Assembly (NCBI GenBank): GCA_900317165.1
Contig: ONFU01000001.1
Location: 1-60,685, forward strand
Reading direction: 5' to 3'
Origin: an uncultured Erysipelotrichaceae bacterium
GTDB taxonomy: Bacteria; Bacillota_I; Bacilli_A; RFN20; CAG-826
Length of the DNA stretch: 60,685 bases
The translations under genes and the position numbers were made by a program. This document shows, piece after piece, positions 18,870 to 28,101 of the stretch (position 1 is the stretch's first letter; every line of letters starts with the position of its first letter). A model generated the notes under the pieces. It had not been told where the DNA came from and did no database searches. It worked only from the letters and a program-made list of their open reading frames with translations.

Positions 18870-18879
18870 AATAAGGCTC

Positions 18880-19899
18880 TTATTCTTCGCTTTCCGCTGG
18901 ACGATTGCCGCTTCTGATTTGGGCTTCAAGCGAGGCGGTCACATCGGGATGCTCGATAAGGTAACGCTTGGCGGCTTCGCGGCCGTTGCCAATCTTCTCG
19001 TCGCCGATGTTGAACCAGTTCCCCGATTTGGTGATGAGTCCCATCTTCTCACCGATATCAAGGATTTCGCCATATTTGGAGATACCTTCGCCATAGATCA
19101 TTTCGATGGTGCAGGCTTTGAATGGCGGGGCGACTTTGTTCTTAACGATCTTCACCTTGCAGGTGTTGCCGACGATGTTCGTGCCGTTTTTGATGGCTTC
19201 GGCCCTACGGATATCGATGCGGATGGAAGCATAGAACTTAAGGGCGCGTCCACCGGTCGTGGTTTCTGGATTCCCATAGATGACCCCAACTTTTTCACGG
19301 ATCTGGTTGATGAAGATGACGATGGTGCCTGTGCGATTAAGAACGCCGGCGATTTTGCGCATGCCCTTGCTCATCAAGCGGGCCTGCAATCCGACTTGGT
19401 TATCGCTCATCATGCCATCTAATTCCGCCTGTGGGACAAGCGCGGCGACGGAGTCGACGACGATGATATCAATCGCTCCAGAAGAAGCTAGCATCTCTGT
19501 GATTTCAAGAGCCTGTTCTCCAGAATCTGGTTGGGAAAGGATGAGCTCATCGATATCAACGCCTAGCTTTGCGGCGTATTCTGGATCGATGGCGTGTTCA
19601 GCGTCGATAAAGGCTGCACGCCCCCCTTTCTTTTGGGCTTCGGCGATGGCTTCGAGAGCAAGCGTGGTCTTGCCGCTGCTTTCAGGTCCATAGATCTCAA
19701 TGATACGACCTTTGGGGTATCCTCCTACGCCGATGCAGTTATCAAGTAGGATGGAACCGGTCGGGACGACATCATAATCAACCTTAGGCCTTTCACCTAG
19801 GCGCATGACGCTGCCTTTGCCGAATTGTTTCTCGATTGTCTTTAGGGCGTCATCGAGTGCCGCCATTTTTTCGTCTTTTGGCGAGTGGTTATTTGCCAT
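18880..19899 (-). CDS. recA: Recombinase RecA
   Basis: [12 protein letters not shown] Walker A and a full-length RecA pattern; 339 aa. Confidence 0.98.
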   Translation of the reverse strand: MANNHSPKDEKMAALDDALKTIEKQFGKGSVMRLGERPKVDYDVVPTGSILLDNCIGVGGYPKGRIIEIYGPESSGKTTLALEAIAEAQKKGGRAAFIDAEHAIDPEYAAKLGVDIDELILSQPDSGEQALEITEMLASSGAIDIIVVDSVAALVPQAELDGMMSDNQVGLQARLMSKGMRKIAGVLNRTGTIVIFINQIREKVGVIYGNPETTTGGRALKFYASIRIDIRRAEAIKNGTNIVGNTCKVKIVKNKVAPPFKACTIEMIYGEGISKYGEILDIGEKMGLITKSGNWFNIGDEKIGNGREAAKRYLIEHPDVTASLEAQIRSGNRPAESEE

Positions 19900-19959
19900 T
19901 TGGATTTTTTCCTCCTACTTACTAATAGTGGATTTTTTCAAAAATCGTCCGCTATTTTT

Positions 19960-20445
19960 TCAAATTGATTCTTTTTCCTTCGGAAACAAACTTGCAATAA
20001 ATGCAATCATTGCTTCAATCGTCGACTCTCTGATGTCGTTCCTATCCCCACCGAATTGGAGAGGGATGGTCCAAGCGGAGCCACGATATACAAGTCCAAG
20101 GTAGACGCAGCCAACAGGTTTGCCGCCTTCTTCGACGGTTGGGCCAGCGTTACCAGTGCAGGAGATCGTGATATCGGCCCCGAATCTTCTAGAACCGGAG
20201 ACGGCCATCTCGGAAGCGACTTCCGCAGAGACTACGCCGAACCTATCGATGGTGCTTTGCCTAACTCCTAATTCAACCTTCAATTTGGCAGAATAGGTGA
20301 CGGCCCCGCCAAGATAGACGCAGCTAGCCCCGGGGACATCGGTAATGGTTTTACCAAACAATCCTCCCGTCAAGGATTCGACGGAAGAGAGGGTCAATCC
20401 CTTGGAAGAGAGCAATTCAAGAAGGAGACGGGCGTTCTCATTCAT
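19960..20445 (-). CDS. cinA: CinA C-terminal domain protein (nicotinamide-nucleotide amidohydrolase PncC-like)
   Basis: LSSVESLTGGLFGKTITDVPGAS...GNAGP motifs. The start is set at MNENARLL (20445). Confidence 0.85.
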   Translation of the reverse strand: MNENARLLLELLSSKGLTLSSVESLTGGLFGKTITDVPGASCVYLGGAVTYSAKLKVELGVRQSTIDRFGVVSAEVASEMAVSGSRRFGADITISCTGNAGPTVEEGGKPVGCVYLGLVYRGSAWTIPLQFGGDRNDIRESTIEAMIAFIASLFPKEKESI

Positions 20446-21091
20446 CGCTCTTTTCCTCCTTGAGGACATGTCCGTTTTGAATGACATAGATAACGCCGGA
20501 GATGACGCTCATCAAAGTGGCGATATAAATCATGATCATCGATGGGCGGACCCAAACCGGCCAATCCGCATCGAAATAGGAGAACGGGAAGTCGCCAAGC
20601 ATGATGAAGGGAAGGGCGATCATTTGGAAAACAGTTTTGAGTTTGCCGAAGATATTCGCGGCCACGACCTTCCCCTTTTGGGCGGCGACGAAGCGAAGGG
20701 TATCAACGATAAGGTCGCGAAGAACCATGAGGATAACGCAGAAAGCGGGGACGAAAACGTATCCTGAAATACCTGCGACCGGAACGGCGAAGAAGATGAG
20801 CATCGAATTGACGAGCATCTTATCGGCGATGGGGTCAAGGAATTTCCCTAACGTCGTGACTTGGTCGTTTTTCCTTGCTAGATATCCATCAAGCCAGTCG
20901 GTCATGGAGGCGACGATGAAGATAATCGCGGCGACAAGGCCAGGAACGGTGATGGTCGAATTCCCCAAATATTGGTCACCGAGTTGACCGTTAAGGGAAA
21001 GGATGGTGCAGATTCCTAAGTAGATTAGCAAAACCGCGACCAGCACGATGCGGGAGATGGTGATTTTCGTTGGGAGATTGATTTTCTTCAT
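20438..21091 (-). CDS. pgsA: CDP-diacylglycerol--glycerol-3-phosphate 3-phosphatidyltransferase
   Basis: DWLDGYLARK...GKFLDPIADK CDP-alcohol phosphatidyltransferase motif. The start is trimmed to MKKINLP (21091) because the upstream part of the ORF overlaps rnpB. Confidence 0.9.
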   Translation of the reverse strand: MKKINLPTKITISRIVLVAVLLIYLGICTILSLNGQLGDQYLGNSTITVPGLVAAIIFIVASMTDWLDGYLARKNDQVTTLGKFLDPIADKMLVNSMLIFFAVPVAGISGYVFVPAFCVILMVLRDLIVDTLRFVAAQKGKVVAANIFGKLKTVFQMIALPFIMLGDFPFSYFDADWPVWVRPSMIMIYIATLMSVISGVIYVIQNGHVLKEEKSDE

Positions 21092-21111
21092 AATCGGTCC
21101 TTCTTTTGATG

Positions 21112-21448
21112 AGTATCCGACCCGATAAGCCATGTTTTGTCGAGGACGACAATTTATCTCAGGTTGCCCTGGCCCCTCGCCCTTCAGTTCGGACTTGGTG
21201 CTTCCCCTACCAAATTTGGGTTTCTCGCTTGTGGGGTTTACCGCGTTTCATCCTGATGTCGCCATCAGGCTCGTCTCTGTGGCACCTTAGGGGTTCCCGC
21301 CTACAAGAGGCGTTCGCCCGCCGTTACGCGCTCCCGCGTACCCAGGCTTATTGATTCGCCTGGCGCAAACACTACAGCCATCGCAGGCTGTGCGAGCATG
21401 GACTTTCCTCTACCTTTCGGCAGCAGTCGTCTGGGTCGGATAAAGAAC
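21112..21448 (-). ncRNA. rnpB: RNase P RNA, type B (Firmicutes type)
   Basis: The minus strand reads GAGGAAAGUCCAUGCUCGCAC, GUGCCACAGAGACGA, AACGCGGUAAACCCCACAAGCGAGAAACCCAAAUUUGGUAGGGGAA and ACAAAACAUGGCUUAUCGGGUCGGA, with P1 pairing of UCCGACCC with GGGUCGGA. It lies next to gpsB, as in B. subtilis. Confidence 0.88.
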
Positions 21449-21467
21449 TAATGCTTTAGGAATTAGC

Positions 21468-21836
21468 CTATTTGATGAGGTTTGGATCGGCTCCCCTTTT
21501 GAAGAGTTCGGTCTCCAATCGACGGATGCGGTTGATCAATTCGATGTTCGTGGAATTGACTTCATCGGTGTCTTTGACACCCGCTAGCCTCGAACTATAG
21601 GAGGCGTTCTCGACTTCAAGCTTGTTGATCTTCTCTTTCGCGTTGCGAAGGGAGGTTTCGAGACTGACCGTGTATTCCTTGGCTTCCTTGTAATAGGCTT
21701 CGAAGGCCCGATAGTCGCGAATGATTTGATCAAGAAAGGCATCGACCTCGTCGGGATCGTATCCGTTTCCATGGGGAACAAAGGTCTTTTCGAGGATCGC
21801 TTTCGCATTGAGGCTGATAGTCGTGTTGTCATCCAT
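21468..21836 (-). CDS. gpsB: GpsB/DivIVA-domain cell-cycle protein
   Basis: ILEKTFVPHGNGYDPDEVDAFLDQIIRDY DivIVA N-domain followed by a coiled coil. The start is at MDDNTT (AGGAAG 8 nt upstream). Confidence 0.8.
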   Translation of the reverse strand: MDDNTTISLNAKAILEKTFVPHGNGYDPDEVDAFLDQIIRDYRAFEAYYKEAKEYTVSLETSLRNAKEKINKLEVENASYSSRLAGVKDTDEVNSTNIELINRIRRLETELFKRGADPNLIK

Positions 21837-21904
21837 AATCGCTACTTCCTGCTTATTATTATAAGCAAGATATTCAACTCTTAAAAGGAAATAAGTCAAG
21901 AATG

Positions 21905-21920
21905 TGTTATTATCTTTATC
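21905..21920 (+). promoter_or_regulatory. Extended -10 promoter (TGtTATTAT) 7 nt upstream of the ATG; possible leaderless mRNA
   Basis: No SD lies within 25 nt of ATG 21921. TG-n-TATTAT at 21905-21913 is positioned to start transcription at or near the A of the ATG. Confidence 0.3.
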
Positions 21921-22646
21921 ATGAAAGCGTTGTTGCAAGCCATCAAAAACCACAAGACCCTCGTCTTCTTCGATCTAGAAGCCACCCAATTCAGTCATGA
22001 AATGACCGAAATCGCGGCCATTAAAGCCACATTGAAGGACGATGGTTCCATAAAGAAAGCCTTCAAGCCACTCCATTATTACGTGAAACCAAAAGGCCAT
22101 GTCGGAGCTAGGGTTTCCGAGATGACGGGTCTCACCGATCAATTCTTAGAGAAGGAAGGCGTCCCTTTCCGCGTTGTCCAAAAGGGATTGCAAAAATACG
22201 TTGGCAGGGATTACAAAAAAGCCCTCTATATCTGCTATGGAAACCAAGATGGCGAAATATTTGAGCATTCCGCCGCGAACAACATGGATTCCTCAATGGA
22301 AGAAGCCTTGTTCGTCAAGCATCATTGCTTTGATTTCATGCGTTTCCTTTCTAGGTTCGTCACCGGGGACGATGGAAATCCCATCAACTTGACCAAAGCC
22401 ATGGATGTCTTCGAACTCCAATTAAAAGGCAAGGCCCATACCGCGACGAGCGACACCTATAGCCTCATGGCTCTTTATGATGCCCTCTTCACCAAAAAGG
22501 AAATCCTCGCCAAGGAATATGGGAAGACCATCGCTAGGGGCAGGAACCTTCCAGAGCCATTTAGGATTCTCATGAATAAACTCCGCAATGGCGAAACGAT
22601 CGATATGACCACCTTCGACAAAATAGTTTTGGAGTCCCTTAAATGA
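21921..22646 (+). CDS. DEDD-family 3'-5' exonuclease domain protein
   Basis: Exo I motif FFDLEAT and a C-terminal H-x4-D-like motif (HTATSDT); 241 aa. Confidence 0.7.
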   Translation: MKALLQAIKNHKTLVFFDLEATQFSHEMTEIAAIKATLKDDGSIKKAFKPLHYYVKPKGHVGARVSEMTGLTDQFLEKEGVPFRVVQKGLQKYVGRDYKKALYICYGNQDGEIFEHSAANNMDSSMEEALFVKHHCFDFMRFLSRFVTGDDGNPINLTKAMDVFELQLKGKAHTATSDTYSLMALYDALFTKKEILAKEYGKTIARGRNLPEPFRILMNKLRNGETIDMTTFDKIVLESLK

Positions 22647-23248
22647 ATTATCCCGGCGGAATAAAACCAAAGCTCGCCGAGGATGGTAACGTCAACGCGA
22701 AGAAGAAAGCGAAAACCGGGAAGATCAAACCGGGGAACCGCGGAATGGATTTTGAAGCGGGCATCAACGAGACCAACGCCTATTACCTAGAAAAGGGTTT
22801 ATGTCTGATTATCAAACGCCCCACTCCGATTAACGTCGTATCCGTTGACTATACCCATGGACCGAAGATCACCTCCGCGTATTTCGAAACCCAATCGACC
22901 ACGGATTATAATGGCGTTTACAAGGGACATTACATCGATTTCGAGGCCAAGAGCACCCATTCGAAGACCTCTTTCCCCTTAAGCAACATCCCCCCTCAGC
23001 AAATAGAGCACCTTGAGAGGGTTTTACTTCATGGGGGCATTGCCTTCTTCCTCATCGATTTCGCCTTGCTTAACGAAGTCTACCTTCTCCCCGCGGAGGA
23101 TATCATCGCTTTCTACAAAGAAAAACCACGTTCTTCCTTGCCATTAAGTTGGGTTAAAGAAAAAGGCAAACTCGTTAAGCTAGGATACCGTCCTCGTTAC
23201 GATTATTTGCCTTTGGTGGAAAGTCTTTTCTTCCCTTCCTTGCATTGA
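22643..23248 (+). CDS. recU: Holliday junction resolvase RecU
   Basis: NRGMDFEAGINETNAYY...DYNGVYKGHYIDFEAKST RecU signature. The ATGA overlaps the upstream gene. Confidence 0.9.
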   Translation: MNYPGGIKPKLAEDGNVNAKKKAKTGKIKPGNRGMDFEAGINETNAYYLEKGLCLIIKRPTPINVVSVDYTHGPKITSAYFETQSTTDYNGVYKGHYIDFEAKSTHSKTSFPLSNIPPQQIEHLERVLLHGGIAFFLIDFALLNEVYLLPAEDIIAFYKEKPRSSLPLSWVKEKGKLVKLGYRPRYDYLPLVESLFFPSLH

Positions 23249-23853
23249 ACGGACAACGGACACGTCTCACATTGGGGCGAACGGGCGGAGCAAACCCTCC
23301 TCCCTAGGAATATAAGTTGATGATGCATCTTGATCCATCTTTCCTTTGGAAAGATTTTTTCGAGTTTCTTCTCAACTACTTCAGGGGCATCCCCTTCTTT
23401 CGCTAGCCCTAATCTTATGGAGACTCTGGATACATGGGTATCCACGGGAATCGAAGGTATATGGGCGGCTTCCGCGAGAACAACATTCGCGGTTTTGATG
23501 CCAACACCAGGGAGACTCGTTAAGGTCTTTTTGTCCAAGCGAACCTCACCATTGAAGTTTTCGACGATAGCCTTCGATAAGGAGATGATGTTCTTGGCCT
23601 TATTATGGTATAGGCCAATGCTATGGATGATTTCCTCGACCTCTTTTATATCCGCCTTTGCCATCTCAACGGGGGTTGGATAAGTCGAAAAGAGCCTAGG
23701 CGTGACGCGATTAACGGAATTATCGGTTGTTTGGGCGCTTAAGGAGACGGCGACCAAACATTCAAAGGGAGAAGAAAAATTCAGCTCGCAATGAGCGGAG
23801 GGAAACATCTCGTCCAATTTATCAAGAAGGAAAGATTTATCAATCATCGTCAT
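23203..23853 (-). CDS. nth: Endonuclease III
   Basis: HhH-GPD (LPGVGIKTANVVL) and a C-terminal 4Fe-4S Cys cluster CSARSPQCETCPLSVQC. The start is ambiguous between 23853 and 23847. Confidence 0.9.
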   Translation of the reverse strand: MTMIDKSFLLDKLDEMFPSAHCELNFSSPFECLVAVSLSAQTTDNSVNRVTPRLFSTYPTPVEMAKADIKEVEEIIHSIGLYHNKAKNIISLSKAIVENFNGEVRLDKKTLTSLPGVGIKTANVVLAEAAHIPSIPVDTHVSRVSIRLGLAKEGDAPEVVEKKLEKIFPKERWIKMHHQLIFLGRRVCSARSPQCETCPLSVQCKEGKKRLSTKGK

Positions 23854-24499
23854 CGAGCCATTTGGTCTTGGCCATCTCAATGGTTTCCTCAATGGATTTA
23901 TCCCAGTTATCGCTGACGCCTGAATAGCCTTCGCGTGATATATCCCCTCTTCTCCTATAAGTGCGGAGGGTACGGTCGATGGTCTTGAAGGAACGGCGTC
24001 CTGCGGCGATCGATTCCTCTAAGGCCGCTTTGATATCTTCTTCAGTGAAGCCATCATCAAGCCAAGTCGAAAGAGTGGAATTTTCCAAAGGGGATAACGT
24101 TCTGTTAAGGCGTTTTTCGAAATAGGCGTATAAAGAAGAGAGCAAAGCGCTTCTTTCCTCGGAAGCGAGGTTTTGCTTATCCTTAGCAACTGCCAGTTGG
24201 AACATCTTGTAGAGTTTCTTTTTCAAGGGTTCCAAAGTCGTGATCATGTCTTTCCCGTTCATCTCATAGGAAAGGAGGTCGCGCTTGATGAGTTCGGCAA
24301 GGATATCGTCGATGTCTTTTTGCTTCAATGACATCTTCAAGGAAAGGATATCCGCGGTGATGAAGGTGTTGTTTTGCCTTAAAAGATGGTCGACGAGAAG
24401 AATGACCGCGAGGCTATTCTCGTCGAGGTCCAGTTTTTTGTAATATTCAAGCAACAAGTAACGGAAGTCCACGGCTTCCATCGATCCGATTTCGTTCAT
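23840..24499 (-). CDS. dnaD: DnaD-domain replication initiation/remodelling protein
   Basis: Winged-helix N-terminal part plus the DnaD C-domain pattern (LSPLENSTLSTWLDDGFTEEDIKAALEES). It lies next to nth, as in B. subtilis. Confidence 0.8.
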   Translation of the reverse strand: MNEIGSMEAVDFRYLLLEYYKKLDLDENSLAVILLVDHLLRQNNTFITADILSLKMSLKQKDIDDILAELIKRDLLSYEMNGKDMITTLEPLKKKLYKMFQLAVAKDKQNLASEERSALLSSLYAYFEKRLNRTLSPLENSTLSTWLDDGFTEEDIKAALEESIAAGRRSFKTIDRTLRTYRRRGDISREGYSGVSDNWDKSIEETIEMAKTKWLDDDD

Positions 24500-24508
24500 G
24501 GTTCTATT

Positions 24509-25120
24509 CTATCCTTTTTTGCTTTCCATTTTAATCTTTTCCGGATTGAGTTTTTCGAGTAGGCCCCGCATTTCATCAATGGCCTCTTGGCTTTCTTTGT
24601 CGATAGAAAAACCAAGTCTTTTGGCAAAGCGTTCTGCGCGAAGAATGCGTAATGGGTCCTCTGAAATCCTCATCCGCGGATCTCCGATGAAGCGGATGAT
24701 CCCATTCTTTAAATCATCCAAGCCATTATGGAAATCATATGTTTTCCCATTATGGTCGATATAGATCGCGTTGATGGTGAAATCGCGCCTAGAGGAATCC
24801 ATTTCCATATCCTTGATGAAAACAATTTTACTAGGATGACGGAAATCCCCATAGGAATCTTCTTGCCTAAAGGTGGTGATATCCATTTTGTAACCTTCAA
24901 AAACGAGTTTTACCGAACCGAATCTAGCGAAGGTGAAGTCGGCGTTATCCAAAAATCCCTTCATCTGTTCTGGGGTGGCATCTGTTACCAGGTCGAAATC
25001 GCGAAGAGGAATATCCAAAAGGATGTCGCGAGAGGTGCCTCCGACAAGGTAAATCTCAAACCCGTTTTTAGCAAAGAGTTCGTGCAGTTTTTCAAAGAAA
25101 GATGGGAGTTCCATAGACAA
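24509..25120 (-). CDS. Class II nucleotidyltransferase (CCA-adding/poly(A) polymerase head domain), unusually short at 203 aa
   Basis: Motifs LVGGTSRD, DFDL, RRDFTINA and EDPLRILRAERF are present, but there is no body or tail region. Confidence 0.75.
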   Translation of the reverse strand: MSMELPSFFEKLHELFAKNGFEIYLVGGTSRDILLDIPLRDFDLVTDATPEQMKGFLDNADFTFARFGSVKLVFEGYKMDITTFRQEDSYGDFRHPSKIVFIKDMEMDSSRRDFTINAIYIDHNGKTYDFHNGLDDLKNGIIRFIGDPRMRISEDPLRILRAERFAKRLGFSIDKESQEAIDEMRGLLEKLNPEKIKMESKKG

Positions 25121-25125
25121 AGGGG

Positions 25126-25152
25126 ATAAAAAACCCGGGTTGCCCCGGGTTT
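25126..25152 (-). terminator. Intrinsic terminator after hup
   Basis: aacccggg-ttgc-cccgggtt hairpin followed on the minus strand by TTTTTT. Confidence 0.75.
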
Positions 25153-25169
25153 AAAGATTAGTCCCTAAC

Positions 25170-25442
25170 TTAGTTGACTTTCTCTTTCAAGCCTTTGGAA
25201 GGTTTGAAAGCGACGGAGTTGGAAGCTGGGATGGTGATCTTAGCGCCACTGGATGGGTTGGTGCCAACACGGGCCGCGCGGACCTTCTTCTCAAAAATGC
25301 CAAAACCAGAGATTTTGACGGCTTCGCCACGGACGACGGCCTCTTCAACGAGGCGAAGAGCGGCATCGATGACCTTCTCAGCGTCGGTCTTGGAGATTTC
25401 GGCCTTCTCGGCGGCCAAACCGATTAATTCAGCTTTGTTCAT
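25170..25442 (-). CDS. hup: DNA-binding protein HU
   Basis: MNKAELI...GFGIFEKKVRAARVGTNPSSGAKITIPASNSVAFKPSK; 90 aa. Confidence 0.96.
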   Translation of the reverse strand: MNKAELIGLAAEKAEISKTDAEKVIDAALRLVEEAVVRGEAVKISGFGIFEKKVRAARVGTNPSSGAKITIPASNSVAFKPSKGLKEKVN

Positions 25443-25478
25443 GGATAATTCCTCCTATTGCTGATTTGAAGTGAGTAA

Positions 25479-25507
25479 AAGTTAACATTCCATCGGAACA
25501 AATGCAA
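25479..25507 (-). promoter_or_regulatory. Candidate hup promoter (TTGCAT-17-TAACTT)
   Basis: Hexamers on the minus strand within an AT-rich 195-nt intergenic region. Confidence 0.3.
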
Positions 25508-25637
25508 GTTTTTTTCTTATTTTTGTGTTTTTTGGGCATTTCTTTTCTTTAGAAAAGTAATAATTCCGATAAAATCGGACAAATTCGCTATTTTGATATG
25601 ACAATAATGTCGATTTTTGTTTTAAAGATTAAATGGA

Positions 25638-26942
25638 CTATTTTTTACGACGGTAAATAATCTTGATCGGGGTTCCTTCAAAATCGAAAGTGTCGCGAAG
25701 TCTATTCTCTAAATAACGCGTATAGGAGAAATGGGCGAAGTTCGGTTCGTTGCAGAACATGACGAATGTCGGGGGGTTGGTCGCGACCTGGGAGACGTAA
25801 TTGATCTTCAGACGGCCATGGTTGAATTCCGGGGTCGGGTTCATGTTCTGGGCATCGAGGATAACCGTATTAAGAATCGAGGTGGGTACCCTTCTTGAGC
25901 AGGATTCATAAGCCTGATCGACCGCGGGGAGGATATTATCCAATCCCCTTCCCGTCTTAGCGGAGACGAAAACGACCTTCGCGTATTCAAGGAATTTGAA
26001 CCTCCTACGGAATTCCGCTTCGAAATCCTGTTGTTGGACGCCTTTTCCGGCGATATCCCATTTGTTGATGACAACGACGATTCCCTTGCATTCATCAAGG
26101 GCATAGCCAATTACATGACGGTCCTGATCGAGGATGCCGGTGGAGGCATCGATCACCAAGATGGCAACGTCGCTTCTTTCGATGGCCCTTAAGGCGCGCA
26201 AGGCCGCGTATTTATCGATCGCTTCATAGATGCGCCCGCGCTTGACCAAACCGGCCGTATCGATGGCAACGTAATTCTTATCGTTATAGGTGAACGGGGT
26301 GTCGATGGAATCGCGGGTGGTTCCGGCGATATCCTTGACGATGGTTCTGGTTTCTCCAAGAATCGCGTTGGTCAAGGATGATTTCCCGACGTTTGGCCTT
26401 CCGATAAAGCAGAAAGAGACGGCATCGCCTTTGACTTCCTCTTCCTTTTCGGGAAGTAAAGAGATGACTTTATCGAGCAAATCGCCAACCCCAATGCCGT
26501 GGCTTCCAGAAACCGGATAGGGGTCGCCTAACCCTAAGGCATAGAATTCATAGGCGTCTGCAAGACGGTCCTTATTATCGATTTTGTTGACGACGAGCAA
26601 AACGGGTTTACTCGTCTTATAAAGGATCTTGGCAACCGCCCTATCGTCTTCGGTAACGCCGGTCTTCCCATCGACTACGAAAAGGATGACATCGGCTTCT
26701 TCCATTGCGATTTCCGCTTGGGCGCGGATCTCCTGTTGGAAGGGGGCATTTTTGATTTCTATGCCACCCGTGTCAACGATTTGGAACTCTTTGGTAAGCC
26801 ATTCGCCCTTTCCATAAAGCCTATCCCTAGTAACTCCAGGGACATCTTCAACAATCGAGGAGCGCTCCCCGACCATACGGTTGAAAAGGGTCGACTTGCC
26901 AACGTTAGGGGCTCCGACGATTGCGACTAAACCTAGTGGCAT
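25638..26942 (-). CDS. der: Ribosome biogenesis GTPase Der (EngA)
   Basis: Two tandem GTPase domains (GAPNVGKST and GRPNVGKSS) plus a KH-like C-terminus. Confidence 0.96.
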   Translation of the reverse strand: MPLGLVAIVGAPNVGKSTLFNRMVGERSSIVEDVPGVTRDRLYGKGEWLTKEFQIVDTGGIEIKNAPFQQEIRAQAEIAMEEADVILFVVDGKTGVTEDDRAVAKILYKTSKPVLLVVNKIDNKDRLADAYEFYALGLGDPYPVSGSHGIGVGDLLDKVISLLPEKEEEVKGDAVSFCFIGRPNVGKSSLTNAILGETRTIVKDIAGTTRDSIDTPFTYNDKNYVAIDTAGLVKRGRIYEAIDKYAALRALRAIERSDVAILVIDASTGILDQDRHVIGYALDECKGIVVVINKWDIAGKGVQQQDFEAEFRRRFKFLEYAKVVFVSAKTGRGLDNILPAVDQAYESCSRRVPTSILNTVILDAQNMNPTPEFNHGRLKINYVSQVATNPPTFVMFCNEPNFAHFSYTRYLENRLRDTFDFEGTPIKIIYRRKK

Positions 26943-27616
26943 GGAACCTCCAAACCGGTTTTGTCGGCGATGATTTTCAAAACGGCCTCGACCGATTCTT
27001 CGATGGTGAGGTTCGAAGTATCCAAAGCAACGGCATCCTCTGCCTGAGAAAGCGGGGCAAAGGCGCGATGCGAATCAATGTAATCGCGTTTCTTGACATC
27101 AGCGACCACCTCTTCATAGGTGGTGGGGATGCCTTTTTCCTGGTTTTCCTTAAAGCGTCTTTCCGCTCTCGTTTCAACGGAGGCAATTTGGAAAATCTTA
27201 ACGGAGGCCTTGGGCAAGACATATGTTCCGATATCCCGACCATCCATGACGACGGATTTGCTTTCCGCCATCTTCCTTTGCATATCGACCATAGCCAAAC
27301 GTATTTCCTTATAGGAAGCGATATAGCTGACGTTTCCGGAGACAAGAGGTTCGCGAATGGCTCTGGTAACGTCTTCGCCATTGCAGAAAACCTTTCCGCC
27401 TTCGGCGAGTTCTATGGAAACTGAAGGGATAAGGGAGTTGGATTGGGCTTCGCTTTGAGGATCGAGTCCGGCTTTTATGACCGCATAGGTAAAAGCGCGA
27501 TACATAGCTCCCGTATCGATATAGGTAAAACCTAGAATCGAAGCGACTTTCTTGGCGACGGTACTTTTTCCAGCGGCGGCTGGGCCATCAATGGCGACAG
27601 AGATGTTTTTTTCCAT
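26933..27616 (-). CDS. cmk: Cytidylate kinase
   Basis: VAIDGPAAAGKSTVAKK P-loop. The start is at MEKNISV (GAGGA 7 nt upstream); the 40-aa N-terminal extension in the ORF track is rejected. Confidence 0.9.
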   Translation of the reverse strand: MEKNISVAIDGPAAAGKSTVAKKVASILGFTYIDTGAMYRAFTYAVIKAGLDPQSEAQSNSLIPSVSIELAEGGKVFCNGEDVTRAIREPLVSGNVSYIASYKEIRLAMVDMQRKMAESKSVVMDGRDIGTYVLPKASVKIFQIASVETRAERRFKENQEKGIPTTYEEVVADVKKRDYIDSHRAFAPLSQAEDAVALDTSNLTIEESVEAVLKIIADKTGLEVPCH

Positions 27617-27626
27617 AAAAGAATCC

Positions 27627-27968
27627 TCAGAACCCAACGAAGAAGGCGAAGAAAGCAACGAGCCCGCCAAGAACCACCAAGGAGATGATTGCTTTGGCAA
27701 CCCACCAGGCTTTTTTCTTGGCGAGATAAAAAGCATAGGGCGTTACCTGCCCTTCCTCAGGGGCGATATCGATTTCCGGTTTGCCCGAGGCGGCGGTATG
27801 GATGACCGAAGCGGGACGTCCCATTGAGGCCAAAGATTTCAACTCGGACGAAGTCATCGTCTTGTTGAATTTGCCGTCGTCGCTAAAAGCGTCCTCCGGC
27901 AAAAGGCGGATTGAGGCGCGGTATTTGGCATAGCGTTGCAGTCTCGTTTCCATAAACGCCAATATCAT
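27627..27968 (-). CDS. Hypothetical C-terminally anchored membrane protein
   Basis: 113-aa ORF with one C-terminal TM (WWVAKAIISLVVLGGLVAFFAFFVGF), coupled to cmk by a 10-nt gap. Confidence 0.5.
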   Translation of the reverse strand: MILAFMETRLQRYAKYRASIRLLPEDAFSDDGKFNKTMTSSELKSLASMGRPASVIHTAASGKPEIDIAPEEGQVTPYAFYLAKKKAWWVAKAIISLVVLGGLVAFFAFFVGF

Positions 27969-28047
27969 ACCTTTAAATTACTTCAATTTAAATTGTGGCT
28001 TTTAGGGAAAAAGACTACTTTTTAAGCACCTTCGGGGCAATTTGCCG

Positions 28048-28076
28048 TTTGTATTCTAAACGCAAGTCATTATAAT
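28048..28076 (+). promoter_or_regulatory. Candidate promoter of the ferredoxin gene (TTGTAT-16-TATAAT)
   Basis: Perfect -10 hexamer at 28071-28076. Confidence 0.45.
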
Positions 28077-28101
28077 GAAGGCACATCAAAGGAGTTGTAC
28101 C

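Noticed and set aside
18653-18871. 72-aa minus-strand ORF between recA and rny
   Set aside because: It spans the recA terminator hairpin, has no SD and has an implausible composition. I treat the region as a non-coding leader.
19900-19960. Search for a LexA/Cheo SOS box (GAAC-N4-GTTC) upstream of recA
   Set aside because: None is present in the 60-nt cinA-recA spacer. Only the shared TCCACTATTAGT element was found, and it is reported separately.
21106-21354. 82-aa plus-strand ORF, and the N-terminal 14 aa of the pgsA ORF-track entry
   Set aside because: This region is the RNase P RNA, with conserved GAGGAAAGUCC and P4 elements on the minus strand. pgsA most likely starts at MKKINLP (21091).
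23203-23248. 46-nt convergent overlap of the recU and nth 3' ends, considered as an annotation error or antisense regulation
   Set aside because: Both C-termini look genuine; the nth Cys cluster lies upstream of the overlap. Such overlaps occur in compact genomes, and I see no further evidence of function.
25153-25160. AAAGATTA half-sites of the 37229-37244 palindrome, also seen near hup/der (25153-25160, 25624-25631)
   Set aside because: An 8-mer is expected to recur by chance about once or twice in 2 x 60 kb, so this is not evidence for a regulon.
27617-27736. N-terminal extensions in the ORF track for cmk, gpsB (21837-21953), sufC (37132-37185), sufU, cinA, fRMsr, rny, ymdB, fhs, ferredoxin, nth and the antitoxin
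   Set aside because: Internal Met codons align with the family N-termini and carry proper Shine-Dalgarno sequences. The extensions overlap upstream genes or SD sites.
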